From a virus, in IMG/VR virus record IMGVR_UViG_3300010413_000005, positions 1-64,000 of that record: 64,000 nt of DNA, one strand, 5' to 3'. The position numbers and the translations under genes were made by a program. This document shows, piece after piece, positions 47,182 through 56,535 of the stretch (the first letter of the stretch is position 1; each line of letters opens with the position of its first letter). Below the pieces are notes generated by a model. The model was not told where the DNA came from and did not search any database. It was given only the letters and a program-made list of their open reading frames with translations.

Positions 47182-48350
47182 CGTGATTTAGCTTCCATCG
47201 CCGAATGTGCTTGTTCCAGAATAGACAATCCGTAATCGAGATCGTCAAGTGTGATATTCAGCGGAGGAGTGATTTTCACCGGTCCTGGTCCCTTCCGGAA
47301 CGCTCCTATGAGCAGACCTCTCTTCAAACATTCCTGCCCCAATTCCAACACGTCGTGCGGACTATCGTACGCTATCAACAGGCCGGTTCCTCTAACGTTT
47401 TTCGGATATCCGATTTTGCCCAACACGCTTTTGACGTGAGACGATTTGCCGTTTATCGAATCCATGTTGGGCGAATACTCCAGATAGTCCAACATACCGT
47501 TCACGTGCGCCATACCGATCGGATTACCTCCGAACGTAGAGAAGTGAGTTCCGGAGGTGAATGTTTCGCTAAACGGTTTCAACGCCAAACAAGCTCCGAC
47601 CGGGCATCCCATAGCTACTCCCTTGGCCATCGTCATTACGTCCGGCTGTACGCCTATCTTTTTCGCGTAAGAGAAATCTCCGCAGCGTCCGGCGCCGGTT
47701 TGGACTTCGTCGAATATCAACGTTATGTTGTGTTCGTTACACTTGACTCTCAAGTCGATCAACCAGTTGTGATCGTATTCTCGGACGTCGTTGTTGCCGA
47801 ATACTGGAGCTATGAGGACCGCGGTGGCCAAATATGGATCTATCTCTTCCAGATGTTCGAATTTTCTGAATCCTCCAGTCAGCGGTCCGAATCCCTCTGT
47901 GTGGTGCGGAGGACCGTCGCCGGCCGATAGCGATCCCAGAGTTCGGCCATGAAATGATCCTTTCACTGTGTAAATGTATTTGCTACGTCCTGATTCGTAC
48001 GTAAAATCTGATTTGAATCTCTTGTATTGATACAAACGCGCCAACTTGATCGCCGCTTCGACCGCTTCGGTTCCGCTGTTACAAAAAAACACCTTATCCA
48101 TACCGGTCAAATAACACAGACGTTCCGCGGCGATGTTTCTCTCCTCGAAGCTGAACAGATTGGGAACGTGAACCGGAGTGTGATTCCCTTTCATATCGCT
48201 AATCACTCTTTCGTGACACACGGAACAATATCCCAACGACGAAGTTCCGACGTCGCAGAAGAAATCCAGGAATCTCTCTCCGCGTCTGGTAATCAAATAA
48301 GATCCGTTTCCCGATACGAACTCGGGAGCGTATTGATTCAAAGTATTCAT
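47175..48350 (-). CDS. class III PLP aminotransferase (ArgD/RocD-like)
   Basis: CNSGTEAVEAAIK, SFHGRT, IFDEVQTG, PDVMTMAKG, STFGGNP. Confidence 0.93.
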   Translation of the reverse strand: MNTLNQYAPEFVSGNGSYLITRRGERFLDFFCDVGTSSLGYCSVCHERVISDMKGNHTPVHVPNLFSFEERNIAAERLCYLTGMDKVFFCNSGTEAVEAAIKLARLYQYKRFKSDFTYESGRSKYIYTVKGSFHGRTLGSLSAGDGPPHHTEGFGPLTGGFRKFEHLEEIDPYLATAVLIAPVFGNNDVREYDHNWLIDLRVKCNEHNITLIFDEVQTGAGRCGDFSYAKKIGVQPDVMTMAKGVAMGCPVGACLALKPFSETFTSGTHFSTFGGNPIGMAHVNGMLDYLEYSPNMDSINGKSSHVKSVLGKIGYPKNVRGTGLLIAYDSPHDVLELGQECLKRGLLIGAFRKGPGPVKITPPLNITLDDLDYGLSILEQAHSAMEAKSRC

Positions 48351-49273
48351 CAACGATTTGTTACACATCTATTGTCCTCCGCTAATCTGGTTATGTCCTT
48401 CCAATTGTATACCCTTGTGATGCTTTCGTGTTCCACGGATTTGTTTTTAGGAGTGTCGTAAAGTAAAACCTTGATTCCGGCTTGCGCCAATGATAATGCG
48501 TTCCTATCCAAGTCTTCTACGAAAAAAATCGGCCATGCCGGAGAAATGTGTCTGTAAACCGCCTCTACTTTGTCTCTGTTGAAAAGCAATATGTCGTACG
48601 GTATTTTGTATTTGCGCAACCACCATAAGGTATCGTGATACATTCTCTTGAATTGCCATTGCGGTCGCGCCGTTATTATGGCTATCTTATACCCCATCGA
48701 TTTCAATTTTCTGATTCCGGTAATCGCTCCGCGGATCGGTTTCAATTCCCGGAGGAATCCCTTCGAATGCAATTCATCCTTGTATGCTTCGATTTCGTCG
48801 AATCCCTTGCCTCTGTATTCTCTTTCGCTTTTAGAACGCAGAGCGTTGAAATCGGTTATCACGTCGTCCATGTCCAAACAAATCAACTTGGTGAACTTGG
48901 ATAATTTGAATTTGGCCGCGGTCGCGCGCGTCGATATCACTTTGGTTTTGCTATCGAACACCTTGGCTATGTCTTCCGGTTCGATTCCGTACACCAAAGA
49001 CAAAGAAATCGTGATTTTCAGAATATCCACCAATTCCTCTACCACATTACGTTTATCGGGAGAGTGTGTGTCCAAAAGGTGTCGTTTGTAGGAAGGTGAC
49101 AAACGAGCCAATTCGCCCACTTCTTCGTACAACAACATCGTCAGATCTTGAATCGCTCGAGTCGCCTCTAAATTGCTCATGCAAGACGAATCCATTCCGA
49201 ATTCCTTCTGCTGTTCTTTTTGCAGCTTCCAGAATGCGTCCAAGGATCTATCGAGCGATTTCTTACTTTCCAT
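48350..49273 (-). CDS. dimeric dUTPase/MazG-like domain fused to a HAD 5'-nucleotidase
   Basis: EEVGEL...EELVDILK; CLDMDDVI, ITARP, DK, VED. Confidence 0.85.
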   Translation of the reverse strand: MESKKSLDRSLDAFWKLQKEQQKEFGMDSSCMSNLEATRAIQDLTMLLYEEVGELARLSPSYKRHLLDTHSPDKRNVVEELVDILKITISLSLVYGIEPEDIAKVFDSKTKVISTRATAAKFKLSKFTKLICLDMDDVITDFNALRSKSEREYRGKGFDEIEAYKDELHSKGFLRELKPIRGAITGIRKLKSMGYKIAIITARPQWQFKRMYHDTLWWLRKYKIPYDILLFNRDKVEAVYRHISPAWPIFFVEDLDRNALSLAQAGIKVLLYDTPKNKSVEHESITRVYNWKDITRLAEDNRCVTNR

Positions 49274-50258
49274 CGCCTACTCCCTTTTTCCTCCAACCCC
49301 AATGCTTAGCCAAATCGTACGCTTGCTCCATGACGACGTCGACGGTGGCGCGCGGATTCCAACTCGCGAACCGACCCAACGGCGCGACTCTTTCCGGCCA
49401 TTGAGGAGGTTCCGCCAATGGTAGCAAATGCCCTTTCATATTCCTTTTCCATTCCAGTATTTCGAATCCGTTGGGGAATAGAAAATTCAAATCAGAATAA
49501 ACTCCTGATTCGTTCATTTCTCCGGATACTTCACACGAATAGAATCCGTCTACGTATGACAACCTGTGTATGGAATTTCCCGGAGTGTACGGTGTGTAAA
49601 CGTAATCCCAACGAACGTACGGATTGCCTACCGGTTTCACGTTTATCAAATGCAAGGCCATCGCCGTAGAATCGGGAAAGTGTTCGAAATGTCCTATCTT
49701 TTTGATGATCCACAACGGTATGGTGAATACCAAATAATCGAAATCGAACGTAACGGCGTTGGTGTTTATCGCGATTCCGGCGTCAAGAGAGAACGTAGCT
49801 ATAGCGCTATTGTTTATATTGGCTCGTTTGCCCAATTCTTCTATCAACGCGTTCAAATCACATCTCATGCCCTTTTTCGTGTTACCGGAGAACGGATCGT
49901 TCATGCACTTGGTAGAGAATTCGCTGGGTTCCATCTTGCGCGTTTTTACGTAATGATCGTGCTGTATACGCTCAAACGCCTTCCGTCCTACTTTCTGCAT
50001 GTGTTTACGATAGTCCTTGACTTCTCCTTGTAAGTGTATCCCTCCCTTTATGGTGAAGTTGCTGTACGCCAAACCGAGTTCTCCGAGCATCGATCTGATC
50101 AGATTACTTTTGTGTAGATACTTCAATCCTCCAGAGGAGAACTCTCCTCCCAATTTGTTGGGTTCGAATACCGTCACTTCGATATCGTAAAATTGATTGA
50201 AAACGTAAGACGCGACCAACCCGGAGATTCCTCCTCCTACCACAATTACTTTTTTCAT
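49263..50258 (-). CDS. FAD-dependent oxidoreductase (Glf/amine-oxidase-like fold)
   Basis: VIVVGGGISG, LGG, VFTIPL, LGRFASW. Confidence 0.85.
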   Translation of the reverse strand: MKKVIVVGGGISGLVASYVFNQFYDIEVTVFEPNKLGGEFSSGGLKYLHKSNLIRSMLGELGLAYSNFTIKGGIHLQGEVKDYRKHMQKVGRKAFERIQHDHYVKTRKMEPSEFSTKCMNDPFSGNTKKGMRCDLNALIEELGKRANINNSAIATFSLDAGIAINTNAVTFDFDYLVFTIPLWIIKKIGHFEHFPDSTAMALHLINVKPVGNPYVRWDYVYTPYTPGNSIHRLSYVDGFYSCEVSGEMNESGVYSDLNFLFPNGFEILEWKRNMKGHLLPLAEPPQWPERVAPLGRFASWNPRATVDVVMEQAYDLAKHWGWRKKGVGDGK

Positions 50259-50275
50259 AAAACGTCCTTAAATAC

Positions 50276-50319
50276 AAAACGCCCACCACGGCCGGAGATC
50301 GAAGCAGCCATAGCAGGCG
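50276..50319 (-). terminator. G.U-rich hairpin followed by a U-tract
   Basis: CGCCTGCTATGGCTG-N10-CGGCCGTGGTGGGCG-TTTT. Confidence 0.6.
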
Positions 50320-50324
50320 CCCTC

Positions 50325-51209
50325 CTAAACACGATTCGAAACCTCGTCCAAATCGGTTCCGGAAGGTGACCCTATGATACCTTCACCGATGAATCTACAT
50401 ATAATTTCTGCTACTATGGCTATCCCTTCTATATCCATTTTTCCAGTTTTGGTGATGAACTTGCCATCCGAAAATTCTATCAAAAACAGCTTTTCTATTT
50501 CTCCTTTTCGAAAACATTCCAGAGGAGCAGCTATCCTAATTTCAGCCTTTCTGATGCGTATGGATGGACAAATAGCGGCGACCGCTACGCGGCGATTCTT
50601 AGGCAACTCCAAATACACAGACATGTAACGGCTGTTCTTCATCCTATCGATTACCACCAAATCTCCGACCGAAGCGTTTTTGGATCGCGAAATTCTCTTG
50701 CCGGAAATATTGGACAACCTTTGGAAGAATCTCATACAGAAATCTCGCGCTCGATCCAATGCGTCGCTGGCAGCCGTTCTTTTGGATTCGGTGATTTTCT
50801 TTTTCGTGCTATCGTCCATCGGAGACGCTTTACGCAAAGACGTAACGTTTTTACGCCTTTTGGCTTTCACCGCGGAAACCTCCGGTTTTGATTTTGTAAT
50901 TCTGCCATTTACTATTCCCCAAGCTTCGATAGTCTTGTTCAACAACGCTATCAAATCTTCGTCTTCCAAATGTGTGAAACAATACGTTCGGCGATCTCCG
51001 TCTTCGTCGGTGATTCTTTCGCGTCGCATGTAATTGGATACTCTGAGACTATTCGATTTGCAATGTTTCCTCAACGCAACACATCGATTCCTCATCACGC
51101 AAGGCATCTTATCGATCGGAGAATCTCCTTTTCGTTCTCCGTCGCATTGCGTATCTTTACGGGAATAATACCCGAAACATCTAGGGTACTTTTTTTTGTT
51201 TTCGAGCAT
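50325..51209 (-). CDS. basic hypothetical protein with a Cys-rich N-terminus
   Basis: PRCFG...C...C....C. Confidence 0.7.
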   Translation of the reverse strand: MLENKKKYPRCFGYYSRKDTQCDGERKGDSPIDKMPCVMRNRCVALRKHCKSNSLRVSNYMRRERITDEDGDRRTYCFTHLEDEDLIALLNKTIEAWGIVNGRITKSKPEVSAVKAKRRKNVTSLRKASPMDDSTKKKITESKRTAASDALDRARDFCMRFFQRLSNISGKRISRSKNASVGDLVVIDRMKNSRYMSVYLELPKNRRVAVAAICPSIRIRKAEIRIAAPLECFRKGEIEKLFLIEFSDGKFITKTGKMDIEGIAIVAEIICRFIGEGIIGSPSGTDLDEVSNRV

Positions 51210-52209
51210 CTGAAAGCTTTTTTACCAGTTGTGAATACCAAGTCACGTAATCTGACACATATTTCCAAGTGTATTCAGCTCCTGAAACACCTCCTGTAAT
51301 CAAATTGTATTTACCCTCTAAAACCAAAGTCTTATGAATCTTTCCCTTCTTCAAGAACAGTACCGCTCCCCAATGGTAGTAATGAACCTCTCTCGCCCAT
51401 TCTCCGGCCGATTGGATATCCCTGGCCGGATCGTTAGGTCTGGGATCAAGATTGCGTTTCTTGATTATCTTTCTGACGAAATCGTAATCGAATTTGTTAT
51501 TCTTGCTTAGGTGTATCATGGGCCAAGTACCCTTGTCTATATATATCTGTGATATCTCGGGAAATTCTGATTCTGCCAGATACGTAAACGCCCTCCTGAT
51601 TCGTAGGCTGGAATAGTCGACCGCGTTCTTGCTCACACCGATATACTTGGCTATCAATCCGTTGGTCATCTCGGATTCGCCTTCGTTGTCCATGAAAATC
51701 ATGAACGCCTCCGGTGGATGACACATGATATCCAAAACGGTCCGATCTCGTTCGCACAACTTGTTTCTCAATTTCATTTTCAATTCCAGGCGACGCTGGT
51801 TGTCTTCGGATTGTTCGTAAACGGAATACGGATCCGGGATGTCTCCCTTGATAGTTTCTCCGGATTGCTCGGCCATCTCTTCTATCGAGACTAACTGCCA
51901 AGCCTGTTTGGAAACTATCATCCGTCCGTTTCTTTCTTGAACTACGTGCGGAACCTTGGAATTGGTCATAGAATTCTGTATTATTCTTATGGCTTCGTAT
52001 CTCAAAACCTTACTGACGAATCTGTGGAATTTACCTCTTCCGGCGTTGAAATCGTACGAATCGAAACACCTCTGAAACATGGCCACGCGCAATTCTTGCA
52101 TTGCGTCGTCGAACGGGATACCGGAAGCGATGTTGATTTTTCTAGCGTGCGTTTTCAGAATTGGCCATACGTGCTTTTCCAAATCCGCGTACAATTCTTG
52201 TAAAACCAT
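51181..52209 (-). CDS. divergent sigma-factor-like protein
   Basis: DAMQEL...SYDFNAGRGKFHRFV (region 2) and NGLIAKYIGVSKNAV (region 4 HTH). Confidence 0.7.
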   Translation of the reverse strand: MVLQELYADLEKHVWPILKTHARKINIASGIPFDDAMQELRVAMFQRCFDSYDFNAGRGKFHRFVSKVLRYEAIRIIQNSMTNSKVPHVVQERNGRMIVSKQAWQLVSIEEMAEQSGETIKGDIPDPYSVYEQSEDNQRRLELKMKLRNKLCERDRTVLDIMCHPPEAFMIFMDNEGESEMTNGLIAKYIGVSKNAVDYSSLRIRRAFTYLAESEFPEISQIYIDKGTWPMIHLSKNNKFDYDFVRKIIKKRNLDPRPNDPARDIQSAGEWAREVHYYHWGAVLFLKKGKIHKTLVLEGKYNLITGGVSGAEYTWKYVSDYVTWYSQLVKKLSDARKQKKVP

Positions 52210-53824
52210 TTCGATCTCCCTTTTTACCGAACAACTTCTTTCCCAGACCACTGTACAAAGCCAAGGGTAAATCATCCAATTTCATTATCGCGGAACAAAC
52301 GGCTCCGGTTTTCTGATTGTAAAATGCGGCCACATCTATAGTAAGCACGCCTATGGATATCACTTCTATTCCGGATTTCGTTATCGTTTCCACAGATTCA
52401 GCCAAATGGTTGGCTAAAATACCACTGTCGCATCCGTACGCCAAGGGCGCTCCGTCCGACAATACAATCAACACTTTGCGCTTTTCTTGTCGCACTATCA
52501 AACGTTTAGCAGCAGACAAAATCGCTTCTCCGTCCGCGTTATCCATGTATCCGTCGATGAAAGAGAATCTACTTCTGCACACATTTAGTCTTTCATCGAA
52601 TTCCTTGAATACTATGTAATCGAACGGCGCTCGAGCCTGATATATCTCGTCTTCGAAGTTGATTCCCTTCGGATATCTTTCCACATTGTTGTGAAATCCC
52701 AATACTTCAAACGGGATTCCCAATCTCTCTATGGTGTCGGATAATCCTACGGCGGATACTCTTACGTGCCAAGCCTTGGTCTTTTTCTTTTTCGCCTTGC
52801 CCATGGAACCGGACAAGTCAATCAAAATCAATATCGCTGTTGAAGTATCGACCGGAGCTCCGCGTTCATAATGCACGTTTCGATTACCGGTTATGACCGA
52901 ATGTAGAGAAGAAGAATCCAGAAATCCGCTATCTCGGTCGCCGATCGGAGCGCGTTCCTTTTCCGCTCTCATTGTTTCGATAATCGCCCTGCGCATCGCC
53001 GAAGCATTCTTCTTCGTTTCTGACAAGTCGGATACGAACGTGGACGCGTTTCCGGTAGTCGGTTTCACCCAACGGTCCATGGCCAAACAATCCGGATGCG
53101 GAATGTATCTGCCATTCTTCAACACGTCGTTCTTTGATTCCTGTTCGATTTTGTCTTTCAATCGCGATTTGAAATCGAAAGATTGCTCTCCGGCCGGAGG
53201 GATGAACGAAATCATAGGAGATATCTTCTTGGCCAATTCGTATGTACTTTCGGAATCGGCAAGCGATTTCACAGACAAAAACATCTCAGATATCGGTTCG
53301 TATTCGGATCTAACGTGATCCGGAATCCACCTCAAATCCAGATTCAACCCGTCGGATATCGCTGCGCACAAAAGCATTTTGAAGTCGGACAATTCTCCGG
53401 CCTTGGATTGCTTCTCTAACAACTTCGACGCCTCATTGTTGGAGAAATCCAGATTGTCTTTCATTCCCGGATAAATCGCGCCGTATTTCAATTCTATTCT
53501 GATGTCTTCCAAAGCGTTGAATGCCGACTTCACTTTCACGTCGGATTCGTTTTTGTACAGATCTACGGCGCCCCTCAAACCGCGATTCTTGGAATACACT
53601 TCTTCGGCCGCGTGACACAATTCGTGATCCAGTTCTCCGTTCAACGCGCGCATTGAGGACTTGCCCAGTTTGTCCGAATTGTAAGGCAATCTTATCACGG
53701 TTCCGTCGAAATCACAACGGCATCCGGTCATTTCCACTGATACGTGGTAATTGTTCGATATCGCGCGCGCTATGTTAGCGAACGGAGTCTCCAGCTTCCG
53801 GAGGTGTTGAACAGATTTTTTCAA
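52142..53824 (-). CDS. CobT-like VWA protein
   Basis: DHELCH, NALEDIRIE, LIDLSGSM, IVLSDGAP. Confidence 0.88.
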   Translation of the reverse strand: MKKSVQHLRKLETPFANIARAISNNYHVSVEMTGCRCDFDGTVIRLPYNSDKLGKSSMRALNGELDHELCHAAEEVYSKNRGLRGAVDLYKNESDVKVKSAFNALEDIRIELKYGAIYPGMKDNLDFSNNEASKLLEKQSKAGELSDFKMLLCAAISDGLNLDLRWIPDHVRSEYEPISEMFLSVKSLADSESTYELAKKISPMISFIPPAGEQSFDFKSRLKDKIEQESKNDVLKNGRYIPHPDCLAMDRWVKPTTGNASTFVSDLSETKKNASAMRRAIIETMRAEKERAPIGDRDSGFLDSSSLHSVITGNRNVHYERGAPVDTSTAILILIDLSGSMGKAKKKKTKAWHVRVSAVGLSDTIERLGIPFEVLGFHNNVERYPKGINFEDEIYQARAPFDYIVFKEFDERLNVCRSRFSFIDGYMDNADGEAILSAAKRLIVRQEKRKVLIVLSDGAPLAYGCDSGILANHLAESVETITKSGIEVISIGVLTIDVAAFYNQKTGAVCSAIMKLDDLPLALYSGLGKKLFGKKGDRNGFTRIVRGFGKARMANSENAR

Positions 53825-54936
53825 GTAGTTCCTCCGAAATGTCTCTGTACCAATCCGCCTACGAAAACGGAATCCGAAGCGTCCATCTTATTCAATATGG
53901 TGATTCGCGCCGCTCGAGTTACATCTTTCAGTTTCAAATTTTTGCGCGACCATTCGATCAACGACCGAGTTGAAATGGACGAATAGCAATCTCCTCTACT
54001 GCAAGACTCTCTAACCATGTTGGCCAATCTGACCATCTTGGTCGCCGTTCGGTCGTCTATTCCCTTACACCGCTTCATCAATATGGATTTTTCCACTTTC
54101 GGACTCGGGAACGTCATATATATCACGACTCCGAACCGATCGACGAATGACTCTTTTTGAGGCAAATCATTACATGTAGCGATGATTCTGAAATTGGGAT
54201 CGAATTCGATCGATCTGCCTCCGTCTCCGGTGATTACCAGCTGGCGAGGTTTGGTCATGGCGGTGTACAACGAAAACGATATGTGTCCGGGCATCGCTTC
54301 GACTTCTTCCAACAGTAGCCAATAACCGCGATCGGCCGATATCGGTAGCGAACCGTCAAACCATTCGGTTTTTGATTGCCCGGTCTTCTTGTCGATGGTC
54401 ACACCCTTTTCTCCGATGAATTCGGCTTTGCGCATATCCCCATCGTTTTGTACCCTCAATACCGGTTGATTGCAGATCGAAGCCAACTCCATAACCAGGG
54501 TGGATTTACCGACTCCGACCGGTCCGTGTATCAGAACATTGTCGTCATCTTCGATTCCCAAAGACAACTCCTCAAGATGACCCGCTTCTCGATCTGATAT
54601 GATCCATTCCGGATCATGTATCGGAACCATTTTGGAATCTCTCTCCGAGAGCTCTCTTTTGAAAGAAGGACTCGCAGCCCCTATTCTGAATACTGTAAAA
54701 GATGATCCGGTTCCCGGATCGACTCCGATTATGTTATGGCGACTTGCCTCTTTGCGCAATTGGTGCGCTGCGTCGCTGACCGTCGGAGCTCCGGGATACT
54801 TGTTCAGATACGCGATGACGTCCATATCGTGTTTCTTGTTCACGTGGACGTCTAATCGATGATACCATTGTCCGCATTCTTTACACTGTATTTTTTTGCG
54901 GCCTTTTCCGTCAATGCTGCTAGTAGGATCTCCCAT
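53821..54936 (-). CDS. CobS/MoxR-like AAA+ ATPase with an N-terminal zinc finger
   Basis: CKEC...H...H; GPVGVGKS, LLEE, FRIIATCN, DRF. Confidence 0.88.
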   Translation of the reverse strand: MGDPTSSIDGKGRKKIQCKECGQWYHRLDVHVNKKHDMDVIAYLNKYPGAPTVSDAAHQLRKEASRHNIIGVDPGTGSSFTVFRIGAASPSFKRELSERDSKMVPIHDPEWIISDREAGHLEELSLGIEDDDNVLIHGPVGVGKSTLVMELASICNQPVLRVQNDGDMRKAEFIGEKGVTIDKKTGQSKTEWFDGSLPISADRGYWLLLEEVEAMPGHISFSLYTAMTKPRQLVITGDGGRSIEFDPNFRIIATCNDLPQKESFVDRFGVVIYMTFPSPKVEKSILMKRCKGIDDRTATKMVRLANMVRESCSRGDCYSSISTRSLIEWSRKNLKLKDVTRAARITILNKMDASDSVFVGGLVQRHFGGTT

Positions 54937-54945
54937 ATCTTTTTG

Positions 54946-54974
54946 AATATAATCCGCGTTTTTACGGAAGGCAA
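54946..54974 (-). promoter_or_regulatory. sigma70-type promoter
   Basis: TTGCCT-N17-TATATT. Confidence 0.7.
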
Positions 54975-54984
54975 GTGTATTTTA

Positions 54985-56007
54985 TCAGATTTTTATGTAT
55001 ATTTCTCCGAGAGCGTTTATCCTATCCCTCAGAGCTGATACATATTCCTTACGATCTCCTGTGAATTTCTTGGCCTTTTCTATGGTTTCCATAGCTTGAT
55101 CAAGATTGGATTTTCCCGGATCTATTCCGTCCGGTAATCTGCCGATGTACACGTTCCGGAAATGAGATGATAAGCGTTCCGCGACCTTGAACGGCGCCGT
55201 TTTCTCTTCCGGATCGAGCACTACGGTAACTCCGCACAATTCGTCCAGCCTGCACAGCAAATCAAACTGCTCGTCGTGAAGAACCTTGCCTCCCAGCCCT
55301 ATCGTTGGAATGCCGTGTTGATTGAATATAACAGCATCTATCGGTCCTTCAACCACACAGAAATCGGTAGCGCCCAATTTCGCGATGTCCCAACCTATCA
55401 AAAGTCGTTTGTGGTCTATTCCCTTTGGATTGAGATATTTTGGTTCCAGTTCTCCGGTCATATCCCGAGATGTGAACGATTGCCCGTTGGGACAAACTAT
55501 CGGAATGATCAGTCTGTTCCTATATCTTCCACGAGTGCAATATCCCATGTTCCATGCGCGCGCGGTGTATGATTTGATTCTTCTACTCTTCAAATACTTC
55601 GGAAGTCTCCATTTGCCTTTTCGATAAATCGGCTTCATCTCGCTGGGCAGCTCCGCCATTACGTCGCCGTCCGGTAATTCGTCGTCGTCTTCGGATATCC
55701 TCAGAGATGCTATCCTACTCTTCAACGTTTCCAGGTCATCTCTGCGTCGAAACTGAACAGCTTGGCGAAATACCAATCTGACCGCTTCTTCCCAAGATAT
55801 GCCCTCCGCGGTCGCTACCAACCCGAACACGCTGTTGCCTCTGAAATCGCACTTGAAACAAACATATTTTCCGGAACGCGTATTGAAGTAGAACGAACCG
55901 AACTTGCCGCAGGCCGGACAAACTGCGGTCATCTCGTCGCCGGTTGAAGGTTTACAACGATCTAATCGGGATTCACCCCAAGAGCGTATATCAAACCCCT
56001 TGCTCAT
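54985..56007 (-). CDS. DNA primase (zinc finger + TOPRIM)
   Basis: CPAC...CFKC, RLIIPI, PKYLN, VEGPID, DPG. Confidence 0.92.
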   Translation of the reverse strand: MSKGFDIRSWGESRLDRCKPSTGDEMTAVCPACGKFGSFYFNTRSGKYVCFKCDFRGNSVFGLVATAEGISWEEAVRLVFRQAVQFRRRDDLETLKSRIASLRISEDDDELPDGDVMAELPSEMKPIYRKGKWRLPKYLKSRRIKSYTARAWNMGYCTRGRYRNRLIIPIVCPNGQSFTSRDMTGELEPKYLNPKGIDHKRLLIGWDIAKLGATDFCVVEGPIDAVIFNQHGIPTIGLGGKVLHDEQFDLLCRLDELCGVTVVLDPEEKTAPFKVAERLSSHFRNVYIGRLPDGIDPGKSNLDQAMETIEKAKKFTGDRKEYVSALRDRINALGEIYIKI

Positions 56008-56317
56008 GATCTCCGATTACTTTGTCCACCAATTTCTTGAACATATTTCGTCGCTTTTGGTATTCCGGTTTGGATGGATCGTTGTTCGGACCCATCCACT
56101 TTTTCGGATCTCTGTCCAGCGCTCGTTTGATTCGTCTAAACGATTCCGACCACTCGAACTTCGCCGATGTCACGTTGCCCGTAGTCGCCAATTTGCGTAG
56201 CGACATACGATCGAAAGAACCCAAGGAATCCAAAGCCAACATAGCCCAATAGCATTCGTCGTAAGTAGGCTTTTTTCCGCTTTTTGCCGCTTCTATGATT
56301 TCGAATAGCGTTCTCAT
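55991..56317 (-). CDS. hypothetical protein
   Basis: Coupled within the replication operon. Confidence 0.65.
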   Translation of the reverse strand: MRTLFEIIEAAKSGKKPTYDECYWAMLALDSLGSFDRMSLRKLATTGNVTSAKFEWSESFRRIKRALDRDPKKWMGPNNDPSKPEYQKRRNMFKKLVDKVIGDHEQGV

Positions 56318-56535
56318 TTCTTATCCCTGGCTATCCATGTGCGCAATTCTCTGCCGACCAATTCGGTGGCTTCCGTGTATCCGAATCCGCCTCTTTCCGC
56401 GATTCGTTCGGCGCTTTGTCCGCAATGATATTTCTTATCATAAGCCAACCAAATTTCCAAATGCTCTTCCCAAGAAATGGTTCCTCTCGGATGTCCGTTT
56501 TCAGCCTGTATCGGTGCACGTTTTTGTTCGCTCAT
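56314..56535 (-). CDS. hypothetical protein
   Basis: QSAERIAERGGFG; ATGA overlaps. Confidence 0.65.
   Translation of the reverse strand: MSEQKRAPIQAENGHPRGTISWEEHLEIWLAYDKKYHCGQSAERIAERGGFGYTEATELVGRELRTWIARDKK

Noticed and set aside
47175-48350. Simple host-derived argD for arginine biosynthesis
   Set aside because: No other arg genes are present and it is coupled on both sides to nucleotide enzymes, so I withheld the gene symbol.
52142-54936. Cobalamin biosynthesis
   Set aside because: No cobN or other cob genes; phage CobST-like pairs are not evidence of B12 synthesis.
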